Positions 63,801-64,000 of a stretch of 64,000 bases of DNA are shown here, in pieces (position 1 is the first letter of the stretch; each line of letters starts with the position of its first letter). This DNA is from an uncultured cyanobacterium (lineage in GTDB: Bacteria > Cyanobacteriota > Cyanobacteriia > Cyanobacteriales > CAWCAG01), in the NCBI GenBank assembly GCA_963803805.1, contig CAWDOD010000009.1, positions 160,001 to 224,000 of the forward strand, in the 5' to 3' direction. A model generated the notes under the pieces. That model saw only the letters and a list, made by a program, of their open reading frames with translations. It made no database searches and had not been told where the DNA came from. A program made the position numbers and the translations under genes.

Positions 63801-64000
63801 TTAACTGTAGCTACATTACCACCATTGAAGTTAAACTCATTATTACCGTTGCCACCATTAATAGTGTCAACGCTACCGCCATTAAGATTAAATGTATCTA
63901 CATTGTCCCCACCTTGTAAGTTGCTAAAGCCATCAAAATTAAGATTATCTACAATACCACTATTGTTACCAGTAATATCCCAGTTGTTAGCCCCATCAGT
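57863..64000 (-). CDS. Giant Gly/Asn/Asp-repeat exoprotein-like protein with C-terminal CHAT (caspase-like) domain; 5' end beyond window
   Basis: Manual translation shows the frame open from 64000 (TDGANNWDITGNNSG...), so at least 2045 aa. W-x-I-T...F-x-x-I-E-x-L-x-GG-x-x-x-D-x-F repeats; CHAT dyad HLATHAEF / LVLSACRTALG; HPYYWSGFTLIGNPW. Confidence 0.9.
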   Translation of the reverse strand, partial: TDGANNWDITGNNSGIVDNLNFDGFSNLQGGDNVDTFNLNGGSVDTINGGNGNNEFNFNGGNVATVNGGDNADQFNFNSGTVGTVNGEGGNDTFTFAGGDATVVNGGDNADTFTFNQNTTATVKGGGGDDNFTFNSGNADTVNGEGEDDTFTLNGGSVTSIVGGNDKDTLTRSSVAGDAITWNITGNNTGDVDGSNFTGIENLNGEAGDDTFAFSNNGQFTGTINGNGGTNELNYSAYTIPLTVDLGSFKINDIARIVGSTNAATSTLKGENNNNTWTLTAINNSVDGVNFSDFDNLQGGDNEDTFNLNGGNFTSISGNDGSDQFNLNGGSVTTVNGGQESDDFNLNGAVVGTISGGGGNNDTITGNNLARTWTVTGTGVGTVDVTNFNTIETLNGGDAVDTFSLNGGSIKNINAGGGDDNINLNGGVVDDLDAGGGIDTIVGNATNRTWKVDGNYQGDITNGADKFSSVENLIGGAGVDTFKLNQGSIGNVVGGAGNDQFDLKNASPTLLDGGLGVNTLTSTKNSDSTWTITADNAGNLDGVNFSSMQNLVGSNNKDEFRLVSGNVENISGGGGNKKDSIFGPNQKNNWSITGSETGTVNGKNSFDNIEALEGNDGEDIFTFANTATFSGSINGNGGTVDTLDYSLYASDPGVNLDNLGAIGIEKINGTIQATSSTLTGANIESKWDITSLNSGKVFNSKTIAQGIEFNNFSNLVGGDKSDTFNLIGSGRISGRIDGNLGDNNKLFANNNFLGFSLSNNWAITDVSQGTLNNLYGSTNFSNIQNLIGNNASDRFTFDTNGSVNSLDGSLGDNTLIGSNTNNTWSLTAPNQGIFDNGNQTIFDNIQNLLGGTGNDSFVFTDPFNPVNSFASVEGGDGQDTLDYSPYKIAITVDLNKPQAGSIERIIGTANAGSTLIGNDVDSDWTITSANGGEVVNTANNRMLFEKFDRIVGGEGDDKFILQSGNFTSITGGEGENTLIGDNIVNDWEITGDNAGKLNVTAEFENIHILQGGDAVDTFTFNGGVVESIIGGGEIDIVNGDNLNSTWEITSSNAGTLNNETTFTTIETLNGNAQEDTFIFNNSIFFDGTINGGVGQDTLDYTNHSNSLFAYIDQQGGLSINATQAENITNLLGGKAFYNYLFGGDVDNNWNITEIDGGKVNQLNFRDFNRLYGGSDDDTFAVNGGSINYVDGGLGNNTLIGDNQNNDWTITGTDRGWVNNVSNFNRIQNLIGGNGNDTINFWESFFNKGTITGNIDGKAGDLTLIGNEIDYQGKLSGTGNLVIQPSSPFQDILIGRQTDTNLPFYLDLTANEINNIQDGFQSITIGQENAPHQLYILGDTTFNDPTTLQSRLIAGSGNNIFGKDNASINLITSNGMSVGDITTNGGKVTLSNNIGKIATGAIATSGGDVSLTNNNGAIITEDIDTSGNNGGKVEITATLPIRRFNLKNTLIAIETGNINTSGKNGNGGAVFLESVGNIRIATINTQGTLDGGEIDIITDPYIQITDTFTSSNGLLASISSVGGVNGGKITIRHGGQGLIAFEIGDATVNGSAGTITSGNFLLSPIQAFSGKKQQGNILITPDRFAINTFEARALSTEAVTSPLDGDADSTVTRLEEGFSDSYEQHLGLDKVPNITLDQAQNTLRKIEDVTGLRSGLVYVFFKPAEVETAQTAQKSTIWQFNPEQVNSKTNVEELLPQNREVKPTDQLEIVLVTSSGDLIRQSVPGATREEVTKLVKQFRRRITNVSRPDAYKQPAQELYKILIKPIEDNLQSKELNNISFIMDAGLRSLPLAALYDGEQFIIEKYSLGLMPSLSLTDPNYQDLRQTSVLAMGASEFAEKDNLPAVPVELSHIVTRFGSVTTFLNEEFTLNNLLTAREQNSFGIVHLATHAEFESGKPSNSYIQIGNQKLPLDQLNTLQLENPQVDLLVLSACRTALGDQEAELGFAGSAAIAGVKSVLGSLWSVDDGGTLGLMSNFYEQLHKVPVKAQALQKAQLAMIRGEVRLEAGQLITQDISLELPEQFSDLGDLELTHPYYWSGFTLIGNPW

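Overview
AT-rich cyanobacterial chromosome segment, identified by at least 25 HIP1 GCGATCGC octamers counted by eye, cpcBA-cpcEF and hetR. It is mostly core and signalling genes: K+ uptake (ktrBA), rnhA, rbp-rpsU, prfC, an IscA/SufA-family protein, tRNA-His(GUG), tRNA-Leu(CAA), two large sensor kinases, a DUF928 + CHASE2 adenylate cyclase pair and a giant CHAT-domain repeat protein that runs off the right edge. Highlights: (1) an FAD oxidoreductase - patX (ERGSGR peptide, DIF1-type promoter) - hetR module whose HetR differs at residues 254 and 130; (2) a guanidine-I riboswitch heading a gdmH-hypA-hypB guanidine hydrolase operon, with a +1 frameshift in gdmH and no transporter genes; (3) an ETR1-type ethylene-binding kinase; (4) a tRNA-Leu overlapping the 3' end of an M48 peptidase gene, plus a nearby M48 paralogue lacking its first zinc ligand; (5) two families of very small dispersed repeats. 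No CRISPR array, rRNA, integrase or transposase was seen. Family assignments and reference residue numbers come from my recall of the families, not from database searches.
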